Shown piece by piece: positions 52,120 to 64,000 of a stretch of DNA of 64,000 nucleotides. The position numbers were made by a program, and so were the translations under genes. A model generated the notes under the pieces. That model ran no database searches and was not told where the DNA came from. It saw nothing but the letters and a program-made list of their open reading frames with translations. Location of the stretch: NCBI GenBank assembly GCA_040954595.2, contig CM082576.2, positions 15,547,028-15,611,027 on the forward strand. Direction: 5' to 3'. The stretch comes from Balanoglossus misakiensis (taxonomy: Eukaryota; Animalia; Hemichordata). Every line of letters begins with the position of its first letter. Position 1 is the stretch's first letter.

Positions 52120-55100
52120 ATGTACAACACGCCGAGAAGACTTACGCTGGCATTGCTGTGCGTGTATTCATTATCGCTGGGTAAGTCGTGGCGCACATAC
52201 AAAAAAGCAAGAATGTTGGCTTTTGAAAATTTCCTTTTCATCCAACGATCTGCTTGAATGGCCGACTTGGGGTGTAGGCCTGATTGAGACCTTTAGCACT
52301 CAGTACATGTATTTGAGAACTTGTCAGCAACTTTGACTGTTAATATTGCATTGTCTCTCGATGTGCTTGTTTGTGTGTCTCTATGTCTGTCCCCACATGT
52401 GAATGCATATCCCCACATGTGTGTACTTATATTTCCGTCTGCTTTTGCATTTATTTCCATTAAAGCCCCAAGAGCTGCCACTTTTTGCATTATTTTCACG
52501 ATTTTGCTTTCTGACTTGGTTCATCTGAATAAGCTTACTGATAGGGATACATGAACATCTTATAAAAGGCCGATTGGCGCTGTATGTTGCAAGTTGAACA
52601 ATTGATATATTAAACGGGTGCCGCGCCTGTTTAATAGGCCTCAATACAAAGAGTACACAGCTATTGCGGTATGCGTCGCCATACCAAAAGGTGACAAAAA
52701 ACTAAATACAAGTGATATGGCTTAATAGTTAGGATTTTAAAGGATATTGAGAAGATTTGAAATATTTTATTGTAGGGAAAAATGCATGAAATTTGGCACC
52801 TCATTGGGGCTTTTTTGTCTAGGCACGCATTTCCGTCATTCTGTTGATCGATGAACGCAGAGTATATATAGAAAAACGATTCCTTCAAAATCAGTTCATT
52901 GTGAAATCCACCCATTCCAGAAATTGACTAACCACTAATTAATTGCCATTATATTTGGCTTGTCGACGGCCAAGGGTATTAAAAACAACAATGCGTGTTT
53001 CGAGCTCTGTTGGTAGTTAAATAACATGTCACAGTATTCTGGTTAGAACGTTGTACATGAAAAGCGATCAATCTTTTGCCCATTCGACACCAGTGCAAGT
53101 CACCACGTGGCTTTTCAGTTATTCGGGCATATTACGATGTGATATTGCTGAACATATTAACACTATACAATGGGTCCACAGTTTCATATCACATTTACTG
53201 TGACTTAATTCTCTTACAATTACTCAAGGAGAAGCCAAAGAGAGTGACCGTTTTAATTGGAGGTTCCCCACCCCCGTGGGATTAAACTTTTAAAGCGAAT
53301 TTTAATCACACAGCAGTATATGATTGTTCTCCTATCAAATCAACGTAAAAGGAAAGGAGCGAGGTGACATATTTACTGCAACTTGTACTGTGTCTGCTGT
53401 TCTTAACTGAATGACCTCGACCTGCCCTGACAACTTTTACTTGTACATTGCATACACGTTGTCATTCTTTTCAGACAATTCTTGACCTTTGTACACACAG
53501 TAAGTAATACCCATGCCCCGTGGTTTGGTATGTCCTATTTGTCCAACAAGGCGTAAATAAAAAAAATGACTTAAGCCCAAATGTTACTCACCGTAGTCCA
53601 GCTGTTACACAATTATTTAACTAATTGAATTAATTAATTGGTACCTGATTAATGAATATATGAAATTTAGAGGCAAAGAATCGTATATTGACAGCCTTCA
53701 CTGACACGTTTTGAGATATTTAAGCTTAATATCATGCGTTAACTTCACTTGTAGCAAAATTCTCTGTTTTAGTCTGACATGACACATAGAAGCATGCATA
53801 TATACTTTGACGCCACATTCTATAACATCCAGCAGACGATTGGCATGATTGCGTACATGTGTAAGCAGGTCTTTGTCGGTACGTGATTCAATTTGAATCT
53901 ATGCCTGGGGTGTTCAGAATAACGGCTGAGGCGTTCAGGCTTTATTTAGGCCTATTTACAACAGTTAACGTATTCGCTTCATGCACAATCTATATTACAT
54001 TAATCTGAATGCTGGACTGTTTGTAAGTGTATGGCGATCAGATATAGGGGACTATCATGGTTGTCATATTCATTGTCATAGCCTATATATGTGGAAATTT
54101 GATAAAACACTGCTGCAATATTGTCATTTTCTTGAAATTGTCACAAAATGTGCCAAAAGAGGAGTATTATTAAATGATATAGAGATAAAACTATGACACT
54201 ATTATTCATTTTTGATAGAGTTGTTCAGATATTTTACCATAGGAAACTATAGCCCCGAAGAGAAGTGCCCCGTCAACTTTTTCCAGATTTCAATGACCCC
54301 GTAGCTTAAAACGTAGAATCGGAACACCTTGTTTTCTCTTTATATTTGTAACTTAAAATTCGTTGATATAAAATATCTATAAAATCAGAAACAATGAAAA
54401 TATTCTAAATTTTGAGTTGTCCCCTACCTTATTAAAGTGATATAATAGACTTGTATTTTTGCGGGATGCGAACCGAATCCCACTACTTTACTATTTGTTA
54501 CACATTTGGGTGTGTTAGTTAAACCCCCAATACCTTCTTAATTTAAAGGAAAGTGGAGTTTCTAATTGTCGAACAATTGAAGAAAGAACCCAATCACATT
54601 TTCCGTGACCGACCGACCCCAGAAGTGATCTTGCCCGCCATTTACATCATACGTAAAGACACCTTGAAATATTTTCTTTTGTGTGCTATTCTCTTCAGTA
54701 CACCTTGGGCACACAGCTACAGTTGGTTCCACACTGGCTGAAACAACGCAAGCCACAACTCGAGGAGTTGAAACAACACAAGATACAACTCAAAGAAGTG
54801 AAACTCCCACTCAAGCTAAAACAACAGAAGACGTTGCTCAAGGAGATAAGACGACAGTAGATGCAGGTCGGACCAGTGAGAAACCATCGACAGAAGAAGA
54901 ACCTGCGCCGACGACGGCAGCAGAGAGTGATATACAGACAACTGAGGAATCTGTGCTTGCAATAGGTAAGTGTGCCACAGTCTACCCTTAAATGGACAAA
55001 GTCTCTCTCTCGCTGCCCCTTTTCCATTGATGTTTCATACAAAACACCGTTTATGTCAATGTACATGTGGATATATAGTGAATCAATATTTGACCACACA

Positions 55101-55711
55101 CAACTTCCATCCCATTTGCACACACCATATCCTACAAACGGAATGGAAGTTGTTAGACCAGGAGATAGGTGCCTTTAATCAGAATTTTGGTAAGGAAGGT
55201 TTGAGAAGTCCATACTATGTAAAAAAAAAAAAGGTGCTGATTCCAAAAAAGTCAGTCTTATTGACCCCACTCAAGACGAAATTGCCATTTTTGCCATTTT
55301 TAACCCAAAAAGGTCATTTTTAGAAAACACTAAAAACACACTGTTTTCGGCACATTCGGAGATCTGATGACATATGATATGCTTATTATATGTAAAATTT
55401 GGTGAATTTTGCGTAATATTCACCAAATCTCTACTAAAAACAAACAGAGCTACCCTTTTTAATCATGCTGAACTGAAGGCTGACTTATTAGGCTATTTTT
55501 ATTGCCACAAAATGGCATCATCATGTCACCAGATCTTCAAAAGTCTCAGGAGGAGGATACATCTCCTGACCCCCAGCCTATGTGTTTATTTCTATGTTTT
55601 GTAAAAATAAATGTGCAACGCATGAAAACAGTTTAATGGGACCATTATTCTCGAAATTGTAAAAAAAAAAATTCACAGTTAGTTAAATAAGCCCGACACA
55701 TCAATTAGGAA

Positions 55712-55779
<68 letters not shown>

Positions 55780-56973
55780 ATGATGATGATGATGACGATG
55801 ACGACGACGACGATGATGATGACGACGACAATGATGATGATGACAATGACGACGACGATGATGATGATGATGATGATTCATATATGTGTGATTGTCACTA
55901 CATTAGTGAAGTTTTTGACAAACATCCCGTTTATGCTGTCCTCACAATAATGAAAACCTATTTACTGTTTGGGATGACTGTTTACTGACTACCCACAGTT
56001 GTCCCAGCAACAATACATGTACAACCTTGTCATTTTGCCATTCATTGTTGACCCGTGTCGTGCTGCTCTCGACTTTACTAACGGCGAGTTTTTTGCTCTT
56101 GCGTTTTAGTGAAAAAGACTCCGCTCAGTTTAATACTGGCTGCAGCCTTTTACGCCTTGCTTATCGTTGGAACCACCTTCATTGTCACTGCGTGTGTATT
56201 CTGCAAATGCTGTGCGAAGAAAATGGAAGATGACGACGAAATAGTGTAAGTTATTAAAATATGCGCAGTGATTCGATCAACGACTACCACAACCTGCATC
56301 AGTTTTGCATATATCTGCTGTATGTTTTCCTGATACTTATTAGTGGAAGTTAGATATAAACATGGACAAGGAATGTATAGCGCACAATTTAGTCTGCAAT
56401 ACGTATCGTACGTTTAATCGTTTTACCTGGAGAGGGCGCTGCAACATGAGATGGCCCATGCTGTGTCAACAACATTGTTGCCTACGACCCACAGGAGACA
56501 CCCCCCCCCCCTCCTTGTTAATTTTCTGAGGTGACTCTGGCCTCAGTTTATTTTAAGAGCCTTTCTTGGGGTGACGCACGATTTAAAATCAGTCCTGGGA
56601 AGATTACAGTTTAAAAATATTTTGAAGTTGGAAAACTTCGCCCCTAACTTTATAGACCTTGGGCTGGTATAGGTTTAACGCCTACTTTCAGGGAATTTTA
56701 TTGACAATTTTAGAGATGTTTCCCTGGAAGCATGTCATATACCGAGTGATACATGTATGCAGTTTGTTTGCCATCCAAACATTGTGGTGTTCATCTTCGC
56801 CCGCCGAGGTTGGAAGGAGGGCCCCAAACACTCAGGTCTTTGTACACTGACACTCTCATAGTTCTGATCATTTACCCATGTTGTTGTTTTTTTCATGCAG
56901 AACTCCAGAGCAACGCAAAGGAGGACTAGATAATCCTATGGATATAGTGAACGACGGGAACGGACCATTGTAA
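52120..56973 (+). CDS. Small mucin-like type I membrane protein (~178 aa)
   Basis: Exons 52120-52180 (signal peptide), 54699-54965 (Thr/Glu-rich stalk), 56110-56245 (TM LILAAAFYALLIVGTTFIVTACVF then CKCC), 56901-56973 (tail ...GLDNPMDIVNDGNGPL*). Phases 1, 1, 2 are compatible. Confidence 0.8.
54992..55135. mobile_element. Kolobok-like MITE, truncated copy C
   Basis: Left TIR and part of the body match copies A and B. Confidence 0.7.
55713..55876. repeat. (GAT/GAC)n microsatellite
   Basis: Read directly. Confidence 0.95.
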
Positions 56974-57123
56974 TTACACACAAACCATGCTCTTCAGTCT
57001 TCCTGCACCTCACTCAGAAAAGCTGTGAGATGGCGCAGCTATCACAAGCGTACCTGTCATTTTTCAAAGCGTTCGTGACTGACGTGCTTCAATGTAAACG
57101 CTTACTTAATCATGCCTGATTGG

Positions 57124-57237
57124 TCGATCGATCGATCGATCGATTGATTAATTGGTCGATTGATTAATTGGTTGATTCATTGATTGATTGGTTTGTTAGT
57201 AGGTAGGTTGATTGGTTGATTCATTGATTGATTGATA

Positions 57238-57333
<96 letters not shown>
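57124..57333. repeat. (GATC)/(GATT)n microsatellite
   Basis: Read directly. Confidence 0.95.
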
Positions 57334-57335
<2 letters not shown>

Positions 57336-59679
57336 GTGATATTGTACAAAATTAACATTCTAAAATAACCAAGATTATATCTTTAGTAATTAAGTATTAT
57401 ATAGAGAATCAACCATCATGTAGGTCAAATTAGAAAAAGAGAGAAAGAAAATCATGAAGATAAAATTGTAACCCTGCCGCTTTTGCCAAGTCGTCGTCAC
57501 TTGCGCGGGAAATAAAAGCAGTCTGCAAACAACACGTGTAACAAGGTATACTTTCAGTATTTTGCTTTGTATTTGTAACGTCTCTTTTAATTATCCTTTG
57601 GATGTGGGGTGTCGGACTTGTCTCTAAGTTGGCAAACTCCAAGCACTTTAGACAGGCGAACAAATACAAACAGCTGATTTTTAGCCAAATTGACTACGGT
57701 CACATGACAGAAAGTCGATATAAAATTTAAACTAAATATCAATTTCAAATGGCTGCAAGCTCATAAACGTTATTTTGATAACAACAAATTGCAATACAAT
57801 TTTAATATTTATTACCACTGTTCCTTTCTGAAACATCACTTTCTCTTTGAAAATTAATTTTATATTGACTATTTTATATGACTACGTTGGATTTCTACAT
57901 TATCAAGTACCCAAGGTTTGTTGATGCCACTTGAAAAATGTCATTCTGGGTTGTATCTACCATCTCACAACTTTAATTAAATGTAAGCATTACGTTATGT
58001 TTCTTTAAGTGATTTGAATTTTCCCAGTTTGAACAGAACTGGCCTGCTGGAAATAAACATTTAAAATAACCAAACAACAAATGTACAGGATCAATTTCCT
58101 TTTAACTTTTGACGTATTTCAACAAAGACTTTAAAATTATTTTTGTGCGTTGGGATTTGAAAGACTAATTAAATAATTGAATGGTTTTGGACGGATGTCA
58201 TTTTCTGAAAAGAAACATTTCCCGAAGTGTCTATTACCTTAATGGTAATATCTGTGACAATCTTTTTGGCCCATACAAATCATGGAGGAATCTTTAACGT
58301 CAGGTTGCGACAGAAACAAAAACAAAATTGCACTGTATAAAATACACGTCATAGCACAGCTATCTAAACCACCCACTTGCACCCCCACACACAAACATAG
58401 AAACGTAGGATAACTAATCGGTATTTTGTGAAGCGTTAGGAATCATAGAATTTTAAATTTAATTTTAACATGAAAATATTAGGTTGCAATGGCTGTTAAC
58501 ACTTGATTTGGGCACCGGACTTGTAGAGTATCATCAGTGAGGATTTTTATTACGCTTTACTTTGGCATCCTGATAATCCCAAAACTGCTAAAGTCTTCAT
58601 GGAAATATACCCCTACCCCCCAAATTTACTTGACAGATGAAAGCTATATCTACCGATCTGAACAGGCGCCATGGTGGTGAAGTGCGCCCTCTCTTATTCG
58701 CACGGAATGACATGATGATAATGGCTTCAACTTGCAAATAGCATCAAGGTGTTACTCACCTCGGAATAAAAGGCCATGTTGAAATTAATACTGATGATAC
58801 TATGACTTCTAAACATTTAATCTATGGAATAAAAATTGGGGGTCAACAATTTAGATTTTGGGGGAACGGCGCCCTCTATCTAGCACGTCTTTCAGTTTTT
58901 GCCAGTGTTTTTAGATCTTTGTAAACATTCTAATGAGCCTTATATTCACGAAGAAGCATCTCAGGTGAACGTATGAAATACTACTATGACTTTTCTGGAT
59001 GGATGGATGGACGGATGGATGGATTGGAATGGATGGAAGTTTGAGAAGACATACATTGTAACAGTAGTCTTTTGCGCCTTTGTTCACAATCTACCAACTC
59101 TGTCTTATGAGGCTGCAATCATATCCGCAGGCGCGGACGTGACGACCTCCTCCTTTTTAAATTAACTGAAGGCCATCCAGTATCTGTTCAATTCGTAGTT
59201 TCTATCATATTCTTTTTTATAAGTAAAGAAAAGAACCAGAAATGACGCACACGTTCTGTTGATGAATGGTATCATTCGGCCTGGTGTTCTCTGTGTGTTC
59301 ACAATTTCCTTGCCCGCCTCTGGCTAGCACATTCAAGACAGCAAATTATCCATTTTCGTCGGCAATTCGACGTGATGAGGGTCATTAAATACTAGCAAGA
59401 GGTATCAATAGATAAAACTCCCGTTATGGGTGGGGAAGGCCAATTTTACCGTTTGTATCACCCGCCTGCCAGTGGCTAAACATATTCGAAGCTTTTGTGC
59501 GGTTCACGGATTGCACTCTTTATTTCACTAGTAGAAAGGAAGCCCCAACGTTCGATCCTTTGCACACGGAAAGCACATCAGCTGGTTTACCTGTCAAATT
59601 AGACTAGCCCACTAGTCGCTTGGTGATTTTTAAATCTCAACACTTAATGTGTTTTCGGTGTTTTTTGTCTTAATAAACA

Positions 59680-59732
59680 ATGTCAATACTTTTTGCGTGC
59701 ATGCTTGCCTTGAGTGTGTTTTTGGTAGTGAG
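59680..59732 (+). CDS. Putative signal-peptide exon (MSILFACMLALSVFLVV), probably exon 1 of the C-type lectin gene
   Basis: ATG in an aacaATG context, hydrophobic peptide, strong donor AG|gtgagt. The link to the downstream exons is not proven. Confidence 0.45.
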
Positions 59733-60544
59733 GTGAGTTTCGAATTTGGGACTGAGCTTGTTTCGGGTAGCGTCGACCTACGCGTTCCCTACACATAATG
59801 AAGCCCATAGACTTGGAGCAAGTCTACTGTCAAATAAGCAAACGAAAAAAAAACACTCCGTTTTGAGATAACCCGAAAGTAGCACAGTGATTTAGAACAA
59901 CATCGTAATGATCATAGTCTTCGAATCTAAGATTGCACATGTGGGTTAAAAAAGTCAAGTTTGATGAGAAAAGGGTGGATTAATATATGTATCACAAAAA
60001 GGAGCTCGATGATATTTTTTGTAATTCATTCGACTTCATTAGTTACTCGTATGACCTGTCCAAGTGACGTCAGTCTATATTAGGAACAACGTCAAGTTAA
60101 TCATTCGATAGTGTACATGTGATACAAAGTTTGAAGTCACAATCCATTGTTTGAGATGGTGCTGGTAACATTTACACTGGGCTCATATATTGACTTTCTT
60201 TAGCAAGTGTGTCGTATGACATTCGCCGCCAAAGCTGTAGGCAGGCCGACTCCCCCACTCCCAATTGCTAGCCTGGAGTACTTCAAATCATATTCAAGGT
60301 AGCTAGAAGTATAACAATTGTTGCAAAGCGCAATGGACGTAAATAGAATCATTAAATACCAGTTCGAAAGGCAGCAACTGCATAAAGCCCCATAATCTGT
60401 CGGCATGGTACACCATCGTGTTCCATTTGCTTCATACGAAAATAATCGGCCTCTCGACAAAACGTATTCAACATTTCAACGCACGAAAGAACGAACGAAT
60501 GAATGAATGAACATACACCTATCTACATTCAATCTATATACATT

Positions 60545-60778
60545 GTATGTATGTATGTATGTATGTATGTATGTATGTATGTATGTATGTATGTATGTAT
60601 GTATGTATGTATGTATGTATGTATGTATGTATGTATGTATGTATGTATGTATGTATGTATGTATGTATGTATGTATGTATGTATGTATGTATGTATGTAT
60701 GTATGTATGTATGTATGTATGTATGTATGTATGTATGTATGTATGTATGTATGTATGTATGTATGTATGTATGTATGT
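60545..60778. repeat. (TATG)n microsatellite
   Basis: Read directly. Confidence 0.97.
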
Positions 60779-61311
60779 TATGTCTCAGCCAAAGAGTTGA
60801 CTTGTGATACCCTCTCTTATCACATGAACTGGCCCTGATCACCACCTGTGTGACGTAGACCAGGACAGATCAAAAATCCAGATCACCCCTGTGTTACGTC
60901 ATCAACCGGAACTATTTCCACCGATTCGCCGTAGCTTTGTTGTCAAACAGAAACAGTACGTGTAGCGCGCGGCATTTACAATACAGAAATGAAATAAAAA
61001 AAATGACGGCTCCATGACAATAACGCTTTGTAAGCTCAAAACAGAAAGGTGGAATTTGGAAAGAAGACAGTCGACGCAACGATCATGGACGATCGTGGCT
61101 GTCAAAGTTTTGGGTCAGGTGTACATACGTTCCGAGTCAAATCAGTGTGAGCAATTGTTTCGAGCCAGTTCAGCGTGACGACTGAACCTCTATATTCCTC
61201 CGGTCAACGAAATGTATAAGACGTGGCAACAGGTTGCAGTAAAATTGTTAGAGAATCGATTACATTTGTGTAAGGCCGAACTTCGAGCGAACGGAACTCA
61301 ACGGGACGACT

Positions 61312-61683
61312 TGTTGGGAGATTTTATGAATGATCAGCGATAGTTCATCATTTGCGTATATGCAAATGATGAACTATCGCTGATCATTCATAAAATCTCC
61401 CAACATATATCTCCTGGGGAAAAAATCCCGCTCAGTAAAATACGACACCGCTCCAAAATTGTTGCAAGGTACTGAATTTTTTTTAGTCCTGCCTCTTCTA
61501 ACGAAAAATTGTTCATGTGATAAATATATAATCCCATGATATCTTTCTTTGTTTAACGTCATCGTATACTCGTGGTTTTCGCGGAAGCGTACAACTTCTC
61601 GCCTGCGGCTCGAAGTTGCACTGCTCGCGAAAACCACTCGTATACGATGACGTCAAAGAAAGAAAGATATCATGGGATTATAT
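61312..61683. repeat. Two adjacent long palindromes (61312-61405, 61526-61683), probably parts of a non-autonomous DNA element
   Basis: tgttgggagattttatgaatgatcagcgatagttcatcatttgc...gcaaatgatgaactatcgctgatcattcataaaatctcccaaca; atataatcccatgatatctttcttt...aaagaaagatatcatgggattatat. Confidence 0.8.
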
Positions 61684-62336
61684 GTAATTAGCGAAAAGTT
61701 CAATGCTTCGAGTGTAGCATCTTGAATTTTGTATGAGATTATTTTACCTATTTCATTAAGTAAAAACGGGTTAAGCAATGCGTGACATTAAAAATAATTT
61801 ATTTATGATTGACGTATGACGAAAAGGAATTAATTAATATTATGCTTCCGGTAAAGAACAAATTAAACAAAACTTGTATTAATCATCAAGGTGGCTCGTG
61901 TAGGTGATTGGTCCTGGTCCAAACAACCACTGGGGGGAGGGGTGTATGCCAACTAATAAATGTAAGCACACGGCATAGCGTCTCCATATAGTATTTGCTT
62001 TCTCTACAGTGGTTACAAATCTTTACAAAACGCGCATAATTTATCAAGTAGTTTATATATAAGATTATCGCAGATTAGCCGCACAACTCGCAACTATGGC
62101 TGGCCTGACAAGCTGTAAAATGGTACGGGATTGTCGTGAAATACCTTTGACGTTAGCGAGCATTGGTACATTCGTGATGTTGTCGATAACATTACTGCAG
62201 CAAGCAGGTAAGACACTAATTTTGGGTTTTGCATCTTCAGAAAGTTTGAAGTTCCTCAAAACAGGGGCTCATCACAAATCTTATTTTTTGTGATTGTTTA
62301 AAATGATTTTTATAAGAATAACGATTTGATTTCCAG

Positions 62337-63774
62337 GTTGCGTCACGTACCACGTTTTCGAGCCGATGGATCACCCTTCTGCCTACAATTTTTGTGAGCA
62401 ATTAGGTCTTCGCCTTGTTAAAGATGACAGCGAAGAAAAACACACAGCTATAGTAAACAATTTAATCGAACGAGACATTCTAGGAAACATATTCTGGATA
62501 GATGCTCGACTGATTGACAGCGGACGCGTAGTCACAAGAGACGGGGAAATTTTGACTCACAAGTCCAGCAGTACAGATTTTTCAGAGAAAAATGGAGAGT
62601 GTCTCGCAATGGCGTGAGTTAAGCGTTTTGAAACTATATTCAAATATGAAGAAATGTGTGTTTTTTTTGCTTATTATAATACAGCTAAACTTGAAGCAAT
62701 CATTCTGTGTCATGCGCAGAAGCTCAGAATGGAAAATCAGTAGGGACAGAGTTGATTGACATTTTAAAGACATGCAGATGCTACAATGGACAATATCTTC
62801 GGATCACAATTTTATCTCTTTTGTAATTGCGTACACATGTGTCCTATCATGGAAAATTTCAATTCGGAAACTGTGAGATATGTCCATTTTACCGTTGAAC
62901 AAAAACCTTTCTCTGCAAAATGTGGTAAAACAATCTAACTCTTATTTATTTATATCTTTCTGCCAATTTTAGATCATGTAGACTGAATTCTTCATTTTCT
63001 TTGGATCTTAGTCAAAAGTTAAGGAGAAATGCAGAAAACGTTTTGCAGTATATATTATGGGTGTTAGGGGTGTACGGGTTGACTGGCGTTAATGTGCGAC
63101 GATAAAATATACTTACTTGAAGTTTTAATTCCCAGAATTGGCACATGGCAAAATCAAGATTGCAACAGTACTGTAGTGGAAGCTTTATGTGAAAATGCTA
63201 GTAAGTTATATTTGCCACTTAGTGTACCTTATGACTGATCTACCTATCCTGGTTTGTTCAAGTCGGAAGAAATATTGTTGTTTTTATGTATTTTATAACA
63301 GGTTGCATCTTAATTAGGTGACACAATCACCTCATTTATTTGTAAAAACAGGTATTTGGTTCATTTTCAGAATACTAGATAATTATCGGTGTATTTCGCC
63401 GTTTTCCTTGAATACAGACGTAAAATAAAGGCTTAATTAGAGACCCCAAATCAAAATAGACATTAATTTTATTTTAAATGAAATTAATTACGTTTTTTTA
63501 TCACATTTGCAGCTTCTTTCGACTTAACTACGACTATCGGGACCGTAGCGGATGCATACCAGCTATGTGAAAAGTTGGGGTTACGTCTTCTAACCGACAC
63601 AACTGAATGGAAACTTGAGCATTACTGTGGATTCATTCCATGGTGGAGATACTACTGGATTGATGCTATCATCACAGCAGATGGCAATGTCAAGACAGCC
63701 AGCGGTTTAATATTGGAACACACGCATTTTGCGCCCAACCAGGCTTTTGAAGTCGGATCGTGTATTTATGTACT
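62337..63774 (+). CDS. Tandem C-type lectin-like domain protein (partial; continues beyond window)
   Basis: Exons 62337-62613, 63136-63200, 63513-63774 join in frame: A..FCEQLGLRL, FWIDA, GECLAM, WQNQDC..ALCE, then a second domain AYQLCEKLGLRL, YWIDA, GSCIYV. Confidence 0.82.
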
Positions 63775-64000
63775 GTGAGTCGCTCTTAGTTCACGCTATT
63801 TTGCGCGTTGCTAGAACAGTATATGTTTTTTCCATTCCTTTCATGCCTTTAACTAGCTCTCATAGGCATTGGAACTTGCGAGATTACATTGGAGAAACGA
63901 TAGCAGTTAAATGTGTGTATGCTTGTTACAACACGTGTTTCTTATCTTAAAGGTTACAATCAGTATTTTTGCACTATTATCAACTTAATCTGGCATATCG

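Noticed and set aside
45469-52309. The 655-bp direct repeats as the two LTRs of a retroelement
   Set aside because: No TG...CA termini, TSD, PBS/PPT or gag/pol remnants were found; the repeats contain host exons.
53475-53499. Possible micro-exon of the mucin-like gene (ttttcag|...|gtaagt)
   Set aside because: In the required phase it contains an in-frame TGA, so it was left out of the model. It could at most be a poison exon.

Overview
Eukaryotic (animal) genomic DNA with spliceosomal introns, microsatellites and MITEs. The gene content suggests a marine invertebrate, possibly a deuterostome (inference only). 1-22 kb holds a compact cluster of five paralogous DSTYK-like genes (dynamin/mitofusin-type GTPase + helical stalk + protein kinase) sharing intron positions, arranged 1> 2> <3 4> <5. 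Gene 2 has both catalytic modules intact; gene 5 has an intact GTPase and a pseudokinase; gene 3 has a degenerate GTPase and a pseudokinase; gene 4 has a degenerate GTPase and no kinase; only the pseudokinase end of gene 1 is in the window. Next come an 11-exon DEG/ENaC (ASIC-like) channel with a ~190-aa extra extracellular segment and a GC-AG intron, and two decayed copies of a multi-TM gene flanking an 8-exon mitochondrial-clan cytochrome P450. The P450 introns contain a 4.5-kb fold-back (Academ-like) element and a sense-strand hammerhead ribozyme. The rest of the window has a solo LTR, an intact stand-alone Mrr-type PD-(D/E)xK nuclease ORF with a splice acceptor, a small mucin-like type I membrane protein whose 5' exons are duplicated, and part of a tandem C-type lectin gene. 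All exon structures were derived by hand from the sequence.
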